Assembly (NCBI GenBank): GCA_030324005.1
Contig: JARDVH010000130.1
Location: 32,912,369-32,976,285 of the forward strand
Reading direction: 5' to 3'
Source of the DNA: Negaprion brevirostris
Lineage: Eukaryota
DNA: 63,917 nt
Under the pieces are notes generated by a model. The model was not told the DNA's origin and did no database searches. It saw only the letters and a list, made by a program, of their open reading frames with translations. Shown piece by piece: positions 25,107 to 37,947 of this stretch. A program made the position numbers and the translations under genes. Positions within the stretch are counted from its first letter, which is position 1. Each line of letters starts with the position of its first letter.

Positions 25107-26575
25107 TATTTATTTCACGATTATGATCAATGATTTGCTAGATCTTGCTGTCCAACCTTATTTGTTAGTTAGAATCTTCTGTGCCTCGTGTCAAATGAGG
25201 CACTTTTTGGGGAGTGAGAATTGGAACTGTCTCCCCTGAAAAATTCTAAATGCTGAATCAATAAATTCTTTACCTACAAGTGCTGCCGATTAGATTCTTA
25301 TTTAGGTAAATGTATCGAGGATAGGGAACTAAGCTGGGTGTATGGAGTTGAGGTATAGATCAGCCACAATCTAATTGAATGGTGGTGGATTCAGGTAAAG
25401 GAGTTGAAGCCTGCTCCTGTTCCTAAGTTGTTGGAGGGATAATTTAATATAGGCTGTGTATCTGGGGCATAGATTGAAGCACAGCTGAGGGAAGTTGAGA
25501 AGATAGTAAGGATTTAACTACCTCTCACAAAGATATTTAATGGGATTCCTGTCCGCTGGTTGATGGGTTGGTGAGAGTCTGCACTGCCTCCTTTTGGGAA
25601 TAACCACGAAATTATATGACGGCTAAACACTTAACTGAATAGTGTCACACTTTCACCGGGATATAGAATCTTGGGGAAGGAAGTTCTAACCTCAAGGGCT
25701 GCTGGCCAATCTGAGGTGATTTTGGGGTGCCTTAAATTAGAATAAGGAATATATGGAATAGATATTCCCAGGGCACAGTAGCGGGTGAAAGTGTAGGCAA
25801 TATCAGGAAGGAGCTGAATAGATTTGTTTTGCAAAATAAGAGTGATTGAGGAAAGTATTGGGGAAATAGTTGGGCAAGGGAATTTAATTAACTCTTGGAC
25901 AGGCAGCTGGTGTTTTTCATCTAAATTCAGTGTTACCAAGAATTTGGATAAAAGGTGACTTGCACTAGAGGTTATGGGAAAGGGAGCGGATTGAAATGGC
26001 CAGGTATCTATTTATGTTGGGCTGGAGGAGCCTGGAGTTTAGAGCTAAATAATGGAGATGTGACAATGAGAGTGTTTAATGGAATGGTGTAGAGTGAGTT
26101 GTACTCTGAATTTAACCTGTGCTGTACCTTCCTTGAGAGTGTTTGATATGATAACCTTGAGAGAAGCAGTCCTTGTTCCAGTGAATCATTGCATTTTATA
26201 TAGAGTTTACATTTGTCTAAATGCCTGACAGGTCTCCTTGAATCTAATCAGCACATTATCACTGTGATAAGCAGCTTTAATTGGCAACTTTAATTGGTGG
26301 TTTAGTGGAATGGAGACACTTGTTCCTTGCCTGCTGACTGTCATATTCAAAGCACAAATCTTTCAGCAATATACAGACCATATCTGCCTGGAATACAACA
26401 ACTTTTCCTTTGTGAAACTTAAACACTGGGAGCTGATTTTAGGAGGCTATTCAATCAGCTGTCCATATTATGTGGTATAAATCAGCAGATTTGCTGAGAT
26501 GAGCATCCAAAAACAAGACTATTAGGAAAAGCATTGTGTGGTCAGTCTAGAGTATTTCAACCAGAGAAAATATTT

Positions 26576-26692
26576 GGGCCAGGATTTTGTAATTCTGCTG
26601 CAGAGGATATGGTAGGCCAGCCAAAAGTCCATTAAAATTTCAGGGGGATCAGACAATCCTGGTGGCAGACAGGTCCCCCAAAATCCCATCCC
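26576..26692. mobile_element. Short MITE (GGG...CCC termini)
   Basis: gggccaggattttg...caaaatcccatccc imperfect inverted termini. Confidence 0.55.
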
Positions 26693-27399
26693 TTATGTCC
26701 AATTTGTACTGAGACTGATTAATTATATTGTGCAGAGAGAGGCCATCACAAGGGAGCCATCTCTCTGAACGTACTGACTAAAATTCTCCCACCTCATTTG
26801 CCTCGCCACTGCTGCCAGTGACAATGGAAAATTTGGCTCTGAGCCAAAGCTGCATTCACTGCAGCGGGACTGACGAATCCCAGACAGAGGTGAGGTCAGA
26901 GAATTCTGGCCACTTTCTCCTGTTCTTTCCCCAGACTCTTTTATGAGAGTTATTTATGCTCTTTTTAAGAACATTTTCCAGTTTCCACTTTGCCAAGCTT
27001 TCTAGCTAAGTATTCCATGTCCTCCCAACCCTGTGTACAAACAGATGATTGTCACTTTCAAGTGCTGAAAGGTAACAATCTGCCTACCGACTTGCACGTA
27101 TCCATATCCCACCCCACAGTAGTGTGATTTTTGACCAGACAATTTTAGATATCAAGAAACATATTAACCAGAATGCCTGGAAAATTCCCCTGGTTCATTT
27201 TGAACAATGTCATGGGATATTTTATGTTCACTGAAGAGAACACTTTCTGGATATATATCTCATTTGAAAGATGTCACCTCCTGCACTGTAATATTCCTTT
27301 GGTACTGCACTAAACTGTCAAGCTAAATTATGCACTTAAGTTTCTAGAATGGGACTTGAATCCACAACCTAAGGTATTACATCAGTAATAAAGTATGTC

Positions 27400-27600
27400 A
27401 TACCCTGTCTTTTCTGATGCAATATCCTACTTTCCTGATTTCAGTTCCTTTCTTTGCTGATATAGTATTCTATCTTTTCAAACACAATATCCTACCTTCT
27501 CTGACGTAATGTGGTAGCTTCTGCAATATCTTCTTCTCTCTGATGGAACATTCTCTCTTCTCTGATGTGATATCCTGCTCTTTCTTATGCAATGTTCTAA
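27400..27600. repeat. Degenerate ~21-bp pyrimidine-rich tandem repeat directly upstream of a SHANK3 acceptor
   Basis: Recurring tctgatgcaatatcctac-like units (tctgatgcaatatcctac, acacaatatcctac, ctgcaatatcttc, tctgatgtgatatcctgc, cttatgcaatgttc). Confidence 0.55.
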
Positions 27601-27611
27601 TTTTGTTTTAG

Positions 27612-27739
27612 AAAAATTGGATGAGATCCTTGCAGCAGCTGATCGCTCAGCCAGGACGGAGAATGTGGCAGCAGACTCCCGAGCTGCGACGGTCAAACAG
27701 CGGCCTACAAGCAGGCGTATCACGCCAGCAGAGATCAGT
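27612..27739 (+). CDS. SHANK3: SHANK3 internal exon (EKLDEILAAA...ADSRAATVKQRPTSRRITPAEIS)
   Basis: Acceptor ttttgttttag, donor AGT|gtgaga, 128 nt, phase 1 to 0. The peptide DSRAATVKQRPTSRRITPAEIS matches SHANK3 as I recall it. Confidence 0.95.
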
Positions 27740-28392
27740 GTGAGAAGCCCATTCACTTTTAACACTCTGTTTAGCTCTGAGCATCAGTTATATGAGAATG
27801 TGCAAGGAATCATGGCGGGATTTCAGTTTCCCTTTGCTCCCAATGGATAAGAGCAGCTCCGGTTCCTTCCTGCTTTGAGAATGACATTGTCCCAAGTATG
27901 TGAGCTCAATGAGAGCATGAGCACACATCTGGCTTCAAGCCGGGTTTTCTGGATTTTCAAGTGGGAAGCTGAGAAATAGTAACTCATCGGCAAATACTAG
28001 CCAATTGCACAAGAGTGGACATGCTAGCTTCCATTTGTGTATTCACGAAATGACAGTTTTAGAATATCCAACAGGACTTGAATTGTTAACAAACTAAAAC
28101 CAATGGGATTGAAGGGGCAGTGGCGATACAGATGCAGAATTGTCAACAGGAAAAAAGGAAAGTTGGGAGTTGTTTTGCAGACTGGATGGAGGTATCTAGA
28201 GATGTTCCCCAGGAGTCAATATAAAAACAACTGCTGTTTTATGAAATATATTAATGACCTGGATTTGTACATGCAGAGCATACTTTCAAAGTCTACAATT
28301 AAGAGACACTACAGGTCACATTACACAACTAAATTCTTTGGCCAGGTGGTTTTGTGGTGCAGTGGGTAGCATTCCTGCCTCTGAGCCAGAAG

Positions 28393-29025
28393 CGGCATGG
28401 TAGCACAGTGATTAGCACTGCTGCTTCACAGCTCCAGGGACCTGGGTTCGATTCCTGGCTTGGGTCACGGTGNNNNNNNNNNNNNNNNNNNNNNNNNNNN
28501 NNNNNNNNNNNNNNNNNNNNNNNNNNNNNNNNNNNNNNNNNNNNNNNNNNNNNNNNNNNNNNNNNNNNNNNNNNNNNNNNNNNNNNNNNNNNNNNNNNNN
28601 NNNNNNNNNNNNNNNNNNNNNNNNNNNNNNNNNNNNNNNNNNNNNNNNNNNNNNNNNNNNNNNNNNNNNNNNNNNNNNNNNNNNNNNNNNNNNNNNNNNN
28701 NNNNNNNNNNNNNNNNNNNNNNNNNNNNNNNNNNNNNNNNNNNNNNNNNNNNNNNNNNNNNNNNNNNNNNGTTTGCACATTCTCCTTGTGTCTGTGTGGG
28801 TTTCCTCTGGGTGCTCCGGTTTCCTCCCACAGTCCAAAGATGTGCGGATTAGGTTGATTCGCTATGCTAAAATTGCCCCTTAGTGTTCTGAGATGGTTAA
28901 GTTAGAGGGATTAGCGGGTAAAATATGTAGGGATATGGGGGTAGGGCCTGGGTGGGATTGTGGTCGGTGCATACTTGATGGCCCGAATGGCCCCTTTTTG
29001 CACTGTAGGGTTCTATGATTCTATG
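28393..29025 (+). mobile_element. HE1-type V-SINE (split by an assembly gap)
   Basis: ggtagcacagtgattagcactgctgcttcacagctccagggacc...N...gtttgcacattctcc...gggttctatgattctatg. Confidence 0.9.
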
Positions 29026-29303
29026 AAGAAGCTCCTGTTTCAAGTTCCATCCCAAGACACAATGGCCAAGGAAGTTATGCGCATAACTTGGCCAAACAAG
29101 TTGAGTGCTAATCTGCAAATCTTTCTATAGGTCATTAACTTGTGGGAAAGTTACGGAAGATAAAGCTTAGTTATTCTAACGTTAACTGAAATCCAATACA
29201 GAGCGTTTTTGAAGTGTGTTCAGCAGAATTTTGCAGAATCAGTGTATTTCCACGTAATGAGGAGAGAGGGATTGTTGGATCTGATTCTAGGAATGAAGAT
29301 CAT

Positions 29304-29430
29304 GGGTGGGATTTTCCAGCCATGCTCACCACGAGTCCAGAAAATCCCACCCAAGGTCAATGGACTTTCTCATGGTCTGTCTCCTGTCTGCTACATTTCC
29401 TGTGGTGGGTGGGGTGGGAAAGTTCCACCC
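29304..29430. mobile_element. 127-bp MITE with 3-bp CAT target-site duplication, inserted in a CR1 endonuclease relic
   Basis: cat|gggtgggattttcc...ggaaagttccaccc|cat. The flanks read as CR1 (LLDLILG.../VSVAEHLENSDHTVIRF). Confidence 0.75.
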
Positions 29431-32400
29431 CATGTGTCAGTTGCAGAACATTTAGAGAACAGTGATCATACTGTCATCAGGTTTAGTTGACTATGGAAAA
29501 GGATAAGAGATGATCCAGAGTAAAAAATACTTAATTAGAGGAGAGACAAATTCAATGCAGTGAGAACTGATCTGCGCATGTAAATTGGAATCAAAGACTG
29601 GCAGACCAAACTGTAACATAACAATGGGCTGCCTTTAAAGCGGAGATGGTTCACATACTGTCTCACCACTTCACCGCCACCTTCTCAAGGGCATTTCTCA
29701 ACTATGTCCACAAGCTATCAACGAATAAAAAGCAAAGAGACCTGGGAATGCATGTGCATAAAGTTGAGAAGGTTGTTAAAAATCATATCTGGACCTTTGC
29801 TTTTACTCAGAAACAAAGGCATTTTGCTAAACCTTTGTGTAACACTGGTTATAGCTGAGCTAGAATATTGGGTGGGATTTTCTGCCCCCCGCCCCAATCC
29901 CCTCGCAGTGTGTTTTGGCAGAGTCATCCTGCTGTTGGCCAGCAATGGGATCTCCAGTTTTGCCACTATCATTGGATTTTCCTGTTGTTCGTGCGCTGTG
30001 CCACGGGAAACATGTGGCTGAGGGTCGGGGGCGGGGGTTGCCATCGACGAGAGCAAAAGATCCACCAGTGCGAATGGTTGGAATGTTTTGGCTCTTGTGT
30101 TCAATTCTAGCACCAAATGTTCGGAAAGGTGAAGTAGCTTTGGAGTGAGTACAGAATAAATAAAGTTACAACAATATTAGCAGGGATATTGAGAGACTGG
30201 AGAAACTTGTTCTTCTTGGAATAGAGAAGAATAGGAAGAGGTTTTCCTCTGAAATCATGAACTATTTGTTGGAGTAAATAAGGGGAAACAGTTTCTGTGG
30301 CAGAAGGGATAATAACCAGGGGACACAGATTTAAAATGGTAAATAAATGAGAAACAATATTGGCAAAAAAATGATGTAGAACAACAGGAAAAATATATTC
30401 TGCTAAATTATGGTAGGAAGAATGGGGAAATCTTCCATCTACTGGGAAGAATTCAGACTTGATGGGATAAAAGAATGAGAAAATTTTGGAGTGCAAATGC
30501 ACCGATCATTAAAATGTGCGCCACAGGGTAGCAAAACCACAAAAAAAGCAAACCAAATAACTAGGGTTTATCTCTAGAGGGATGGAATTGAAGGGGAAGG
30601 AGACATTCCTCTTCCATTTTCAGAGGGTGAGAAAGCAGGAGGGGACAGAGAATGCACAAAAGTCCAAGATTGGCATTTAAACTGGTGGGATTTTCCACTG
30701 TGATAGTCCCTGTTGCCTGCCAATGGCATCATGAGTTTCCCACCATGAAAGGTCAGGAATCCCATTACGATACACTTGAATGTCATTAGTGGGCCTTCCC
30801 ACTGTATCATCCTCCCACATAAGGTCCCTCCCATTGACGTGAAATCATGTCAGCTGGGTTTACAACAGGTCCTGACAAATAGGGACCTGGTGAGTGGTTC
30901 CTGCTGGGGCCACGCAGGTAATTACAACCCCCTTGGGAAAGGGTCGTTCCTGGACCAGACCAAAGGACAATGTCTGTGGTGGTGGGGGAGGGCTTCTGTG
31001 TCCATGGGAGTGGAGCTTTTCTGTATCTATGGGGGTGGGGGGTCTCCGTGTCTGTGGGGGTGTGGTGTTTTCTGTTTCTGTGGGCGTGGGCAGTTTTCCG
31101 TATCCGTGGGGTAGAGTGTTTTCCGTATCTCTGGGGATCTCTTCGTTTAATTTTTTTGATTGGAGCATTCATCTGATCTCACAGGAGCGAACATTGCTGA
31201 TGGAGTGGGCACTTTCAGAACCCGCTCTGTCTGTATGAAGTCATGGGGTCTGTCTGCGCAACTTTTGTTTTTTCTAAGTGTTTTAAAATACAGCAAGAAA
31301 ACCCGGCAAGGCAACTGGTAGGCTGCCCTCTATTTTTCCTGCTGCAGGCAGCACTTCGAAAAAAAATCAAAACTTTCCACGTGAAATGTAAGACAGTTAT
31401 GTTAGACCTGTTTCAAACCCTGATTAGAACACTCTTAGCGTATTACACATAGGCCTCATTGCTATTTCATAAAACAACATAGAAGCATTGGAGGGGTTGA
31501 AGAGATTTACATGGATGATACCAAAACTGTGTAGGTAGACATATCAGGAAAGGATTGAAAAGGTNNNNNNNNNNNNNNNNNNNNNNNNNNNNNNNNNNNN
31601 NNNNNNNNNNNNNNNNNNNNNNNNNNNNNNNNNNNNNNNNNNNNNNNNNNNNNNNNNNNNNNNNAACAGGTAGGCCTCTTCTGGTGTGAAAGAAGGCTGA
31701 TGGTGGACCAATGGAGGTCTCTAAAATTATGAAAAGTTTTGATAGAGTGGATACAGAGAGAATGTTTCCTGTTGTGAGGGACATGAACATAATGATACGC
31801 TATTGTTACAAGATAGTCAGCAAGGAATCCAATAAGGAGTCCGGAAGAAACCTTCGAAGAATGGTGAGAATGTGGAACTCACTGCCCTAGGGAATGGTTG
31901 AAGTGAATTGATGCATTAAAGCTGGGCAAGCATTTGAGGGAAAGGGAATAGTTACAGTGGGAGACACGGAAATATGGTAGGAGGCTGGAGTCGACTGCCA
32001 GGATAAATGCCATGTTTCTGTACTGTGTATTCTATGTAATTCTATGTAAACAATACAACAATTTGGATTGCACAACCTAAGAAGTGGAAACAATTGCAAT
32101 AGTTAACATTATATAGCGAGTTCGATAAACATTTAAAGGCAATGAAATTACAGAGTAACGTGGAAAGAGGAAGGGAGTGGAATTAACTGGTTAGTTCTGC
32201 CAAAGAACTGGCATACACACAATTGGTTGAATTTTTGCAGACATGTGCAGATGGCATTAGAGAGACGAGGACAGGAAAATAGCGGGGCGTCATGTACAGA
32301 CAACTTCCTGATGCATTTCCGCTTCCATGGGAGCCACCAGGGGTGGAAGAGAAGAAATTGACACCCAGCCTAATATGGCAAGCAGCCAACCACAGCACTT

Positions 32401-32829
32401 AAAGGACCAATGAGGGGCCATTTTCCAAGGAAACAGGACCATCCCACCGTTAAAGTATCCCCTGCCATGTGTGGAGCTACTTTTTATCTAGAGCTGGTTT
32501 TCCAGCAGCAGAAAGGGGAGATACCAAAGCCAGAGACTCCATGCCCAATAAATGCACCATCATAACGAAAGACTGCCGTGCTGCCAAAACCAATTGTGTA
32601 GACATATTCCTCCACCACACTTTTGGCACCTTCAATCTAACATTTGAGGAAAGCTTCAGAAAAAGCATCCAAGTTGATAGCCTACCTACCAAAGCAATGC
32701 CAACCTCAACCGGTGGCATGTCCAGGAAGATGATGCCCAACATCTCATCACAGCCACTTCTGGGTTTCTGGCACAAAATTGAGGTTGACATCAGTTATAT
32801 AATCCAACTTGTAAAATCTAGCCTTTTGG

Positions 32830-35710
32830 ATCAAATGGTCTCCTTATGTGCAGTATCATTCTATGATTACAGAAACCCGTTTCCTGCACCTACACTGCCT
32901 TTACCAAATATCCCATTTTGAGTTGGGCAGAGGATCTTTGCCCAGAGAAAATACTGAATTCACATTGCTTCTTAATAACCCTGCTGAGATAATTTTTCCT
33001 TCAAAAACATACTTGCTCTGAACTCTCTATCTCTTTCTTTAATGCCTCCCCTGATTTGGCACTTATTTACATTCAGATTGGTGTTTCCAGTCCACTTCAG
33101 CCCAATAACATCCCAGTCCCAGGTTAGTAAAAATAGTTTTTCCCCAATCAGAAACTTTTATTCCTGACCTATCTGTTCCCTTTTCCATAACTATCCCACC
33201 TGCCCAGCTTTATTCCCTAAAACTAAATCCAAAATCATCCAGTCACTTGTTGGACTTGCTATGTGCTGGCTAAAAAGTTCCTGCTGAATGTATTTAAAGT
33301 ATTCTGCACCCTTTATGCCTTTCACACTAAATCTATTACAGTTAATATTAGGTTAGTTGAATTCTTCCATCCACAATTGCTGCCCTATTGCTTCTGCACT
33401 CCTCAGAGATTTGCTTATATCTTTGCTGTTTTATCTCCCTGTGATTGTTTGGGGCTGTAATACACACCCAGTCTTATGATTGCCACTCTTTTGTTCTTTA
33501 ATTCTATCCATATGGCCTCATTTAATAATTCCTCTACTATGTCATCTTTCCAACGACTATAATTGTTTCATTCATTATTATTGTGTAGATGGATTTCTAA
33601 CATGACCAAACAGGTTCATTATCGATCTGCGAACCCTTCTTGTATGCCTATGGCAGATGGTAAGAGTAGGAGAGTCTCCAGGTCAGCCAGAATTGTGTGG
33701 TAGTTCAGACGATTGAGTGCTGTGCTCACTAAACATATTGGAATCAACATTAAAATAAATTTATATAAATTAGTTAGCCTCTTGCCTATTTCCAGTGAGA
33801 GGCTGACCACACCAGAAATCCAGGTGTCTTAAAATCGTGACAGGCACAAAAAACGGTGCCGTTCTTGCTAGCTGCTTTACACCCAATTTTACAACATTTT
33901 CCCACCGCAAAACGGGTGTAAACAGGTTGTAAAATTCTGCCCATTGTATCTGCACCATCTATCAAGCGTCCATCTATTCTAATCCCATTTTCCAGCACTT
34001 GGTCAAAAGCCTTGTATGCTATGGCATTTCAACTGCTCAAACTTTTTCCTCAAGTCCCCTTCTAAATCTCCTGCCCCTTAAATCTATGCCCTCTGGTTAT
34101 TGACCCCTCTACTAAGGGGAAATGTTTCTTTCTATTTACCCTATCCATGTCCCTCATAATGTTGTACATCTNNNNNNNNNNNNNNNNNNNNNNNNNNNNN
34201 NNNNNNNNNNNNNNNNNNNNNNNNNNNNNNNNNNNNNNNNNNNNNNNNNNNNNNNNNNNNNNNNNNNNNNNNNNNNNNNNNNNNNNNNNNNNNNNNNNNN
34301 NNNNNNNNNNNNNNNNNNNNNNNNNNNNNNNNNNNNNNNNNNNNNNNNNNNNNNNNNNNNNNNNNNNNNNNNNNNNNNNNNNNNNNNNNNNNNNNNNNNN
34401 NNNNNNNNNNNNNNNNNNNNNNNNNNNNNNNNNNNNNNNNNNNNNNNNNNNNNNNNNNNNNNNNNNNNNNNNNNNNNNNNNNNNNNNNNNNNNNNNNNNN
34501 NNNNNNNNNNNNNNNNNTATTGAATGGTGGGGCAGGCTTGAAGGGCTAGATGGCCTACTCCTGCTCCTATTTCTTATATTCTTATGCTCTTACATCCTTT
34601 CTATTGTGTGGTGACCAGAACAAGCGTTTTATACAACTGTATCATAATCTCCTTTCTCTTCTATTGGCTTTAAAGGCAAGTATCCTATATTGCACTGAAG
34701 TATATACCATTTTCTATTACCAAACTCCCTTGTTGTCTTTTTCTAGCCTTTGCCTTCCAAACATACTAATGTTTTTGCCCTCCACTTCCAATTTTTCTTC
34801 ACTCTCTTCTGAATACACTCTCAGGTTGCCAATCCCTGCCAAGCTAGTTTAAACCCTTCTCAATAGCGCCATCAAAACCCTCTGTGAGGATATTAGTGTC
34901 AGCACTATTGAAGTGCAACCCATCCAACATGTACAGGTCCCACTTCTCCTTCCAATCCTCTGGAATCTAAAGCCCTCCCGTCTGCTCCATCTCCATGATT
35001 TATCAGCTCAATCTTCTTATTTCTGTACGCACTGGTACGTGGCACTGAGAATACTCCAGAGATTTTTATCTTTGAGGTCCTGCTTTTCAATCCCTCTCCT
35101 AGCTCTCTGAACTCTGCCTTCAGGACCTCATCCTTTTTTCTGCTTATTTCATTGATGTTGATATCGATCATGATCTTACCCCTTCAGCTGCTGAGTGGCA
35201 CCCTTGACTCTTGCCCCTGACACTGGGAAGGCAATATACCATCTTGGAATGTTATCTGTTCCTCTTGCTAATATATCACCTTTCATCACTGCTCTTCCAC
35301 TTTTCTTTTCACCCCCCTTCCCCCCATCCATCCCACAACTGTGCCATGGACATGGCGCTGGAGAAACCATCACTCTCATAAGTATTCAGAACAGAATAAA
35401 TGTTAGAATGTGAGGTGCATCATGCTTACCTAGTCTTCCATGGCCTTCTAGGCATTCTCTCACTATCTATACATTTCAAACTAAAAGGTGACCACCTTCA
35501 GAAATATGTCATATACATGGCCCTCAGTCTTATAGATACCCCATAGTGACTCCAAGTGCCAATCAAGCTCTGAAACCCATCACCTAAACTAATCTAACTG
35601 GCAACAGTTCCCACAAATGTGCTTATCCAGCCCACAGGAAGCATTCAGGATTTCCCACATGACACAGGATGTGTGTTCCATAAGACTGCGTTTCTCTGCC
35701 ATGCCTTTAC
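32830..35710 (-). mobile_element. CR1 LINE 5' portion: ORF1 (zinc finger, SGNH/esterase-like) plus endonuclease remnants, with nested insertions
   Basis: DINEISRKKDEVLKAEFRELGEGLKSRTSKIKISG...PRTSAYRNKKIE (34905-35171), SCVMWEI and HICGNC near 35610-35670, and endonuclease-like remnants at 33120-33580. Confidence 0.7.
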
Positions 35711-36479
35711 TTTCTGGACTATAATATAGAAACACTGACCAGCTACTCACCAGGTCTTGCTGTTTCCCACTACCTCACTCAGACTACTTATTGTTTTGTA
35801 AAAGACCAGAGCCTCATCTCTTTTTTGACTCTCCAAATTCCCTGAGTTAAGTACTCTGTTGGAATAGGACTCCATCGTGCATAAACACAGGCTTCTGGAT
35901 TTAAGCAGCAAAAATTCCAAAGACTTGAGTTAGACCCTACTAACTAGTAACTAATTCTAACCAGCCATCTCGTTAACTAGTTGTACAGCTGACATTAACA
36001 GATAACTTCCTGATCATTGACGAAAACTCCAGTCAGGTCCCATCCAAAGTGCGATGTTCAATCCTGGGTAGCAGAACTCAGGAAAGATACATTGGCCTTG
36101 AGTGAAGTATTTTGTAGATTCATCAAAGTGACACTGAGGCTGAGAGGGTTAAATTATTAGGTAAGGTTGCTTGGTGGTCTTGTGTTACCTTGCTCCATAG
36201 AAAATTAAGAGATAGTCTAATTGAGGAGGTAAAAGTACCATTTCAGATAGATTTTTTTTATGTTACAAAAGCTATGCTCTGAGACAGATTCTGGCCGTGT
36301 GGCGAGGTTCATTGCTATGTCTTACTGAGCATTTGTCATACAGTAACATCTAAGGGGAAATGTTTACAACTCAACATGTGGATTATTCACATTCCCAGAA
36401 ATGGTTAGCACATATTTCCCAGTATCTACTGGGACTTTGCTGATTAATATCCCATGGGACAGAGTCTGATTATTGGAAT

Positions 36480-36720
36480 GCACCATTCCACAATGCCTGT
36501 ACAAACTGCATCATCCTTAAGTACCTGGGTGCAATGATGCCTAAACACTGGGTGCAAAACCTGAGTATAGACTGCACTGTGACTCAGTGCATGTGTGCAG
36601 ACCACACCGTCTGATGGTGCCCCCGTACAGAGTGTACCATATCTCAGTGCCTGCGTACAAGATTGAATCTTGTCTCAGTTCTTGGGCAGTGCCTAGGTAT
36701 GGACTACATAATGCTTTATG
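36480..36720. repeat. Degenerate 30-bp tandem repeat
   Basis: gactgcactgtgactcagtgcatgtgtgca / gaccacaccgtctgatggtgccccgtaca / gagtgtaccatatctcagtgcctgcgtaca recur at a period of 30. Confidence 0.55.
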
Positions 36721-37749
36721 GCCTTAATATACAGGTCATAGACTCCTCCTCCATCCCCCTGCCAACTCCCCCATCCCCACCATGAGCTTCGCTGTGTTTC
36801 AGCCCAGTAAGGTTTTCTGTAGTTGAACCTTTCAGACCAGGAAACTCCAGTTTCACCTCCATCTCTCCTAATTTAGCTAATTTCAAATGGGGAGATTTTG
36901 GGAACTGTTCCTGGCTTCACCACTGCTCAGAATTGGAAAATCAGATGGGACATCTACATCTGATTGATATTTAATACCAACTTAATCTATATGGATTTCA
37001 GCTAAGGACAGGAACAGACTAAGCCATGTCCCGACAAAGGTCGAATAGCCCACCAAACTTATCAACCTAGTCATATGTGAACCATGGCCACTGACACCTG
37101 CAGAGTCGTACTCTGGCCTCAGTCACTTGGGGCAGGATAATAGCAGTGAACTTGAACGAACTGCCCCATTTATGAAGCAGTTCATTCTAAGATTAATTTA
37201 AGTATTGCTGTAGCATTTGACTGTAAATGTATTCTTTGACCACAGCAGATGCTGCCTGACAAGTGGTTTAATTTAATTCATCTGCTAATTTTCTGTTCTA
37301 TGTCTCAGCCATTCATGTTAGTGTAACCTTTGATTAAAGTTATTGGAGCGACGTCAAGTATTTGAGCAAACAATTATAACCTATGCTTTGATGAACACAC
37401 TTCCAGCCGTCGTTTTCTCTCCCTTTTATTCCACAGCTGCCTCCAATTCCAGTTGTCCTTGAGTTGCTAGTCACATGAAATAAAATTAATTCTGTCATTG
37501 ACTAGGAAGAATTAGCCCTGTAGACAGTCCAGCTGTCTTGAGATACGTTGTACATGTGGCAAATTAAAAATGTCATTCTCTAGCTGTAGGCATCATTGGC
37601 AAGAACGGCATTTATTACTCATCACTGGTTGTCTTTTGGGAAGGTGGTAATTGGTCTTCTTCCTGAACCGCTAAAGGTGTAGGTACTCCTACAATGCTGA
37701 TCATCAGGGACTTCTGGATGTTGACTCTGACAATAGAAGATGAGAATAA

Positions 37750-37947
37750 ACTTAGAGAATACCTACAGTGCAGAAGGAGACCACTCAGCCCATTGAGTGC
37801 ACCAGTTCCCCNNNNNNNNNNTTCCCCGACAGAGCATCTTATCTAGGCCCACCCCTCTGCCACCAAACATTTACCCCACTAACCCCCTAACCTACACATC
37901 CTGGAATGCTAACGGAAAATTTAGCTTGGCCAATCCACCTAACCTCT
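37750..37947 (-). mobile_element. HE1-type SINE 3' half
   Basis: cctacagtgcagaaggag...aatttagcttggccaatccacctaacc. Confidence 0.75.

Noticed and set aside
28329-28883. Long ORFs containing X runs (also at 898, 14917, 22043, 34122, 46121, 58789)
   Set aside because: Artefacts of N-filled assembly gaps.
32469-32921. 150-aa ORF
   Set aside because: It has a GTG start, no splice context and no recognisable domain, and it overlaps decayed transposon and CR1 sequence.
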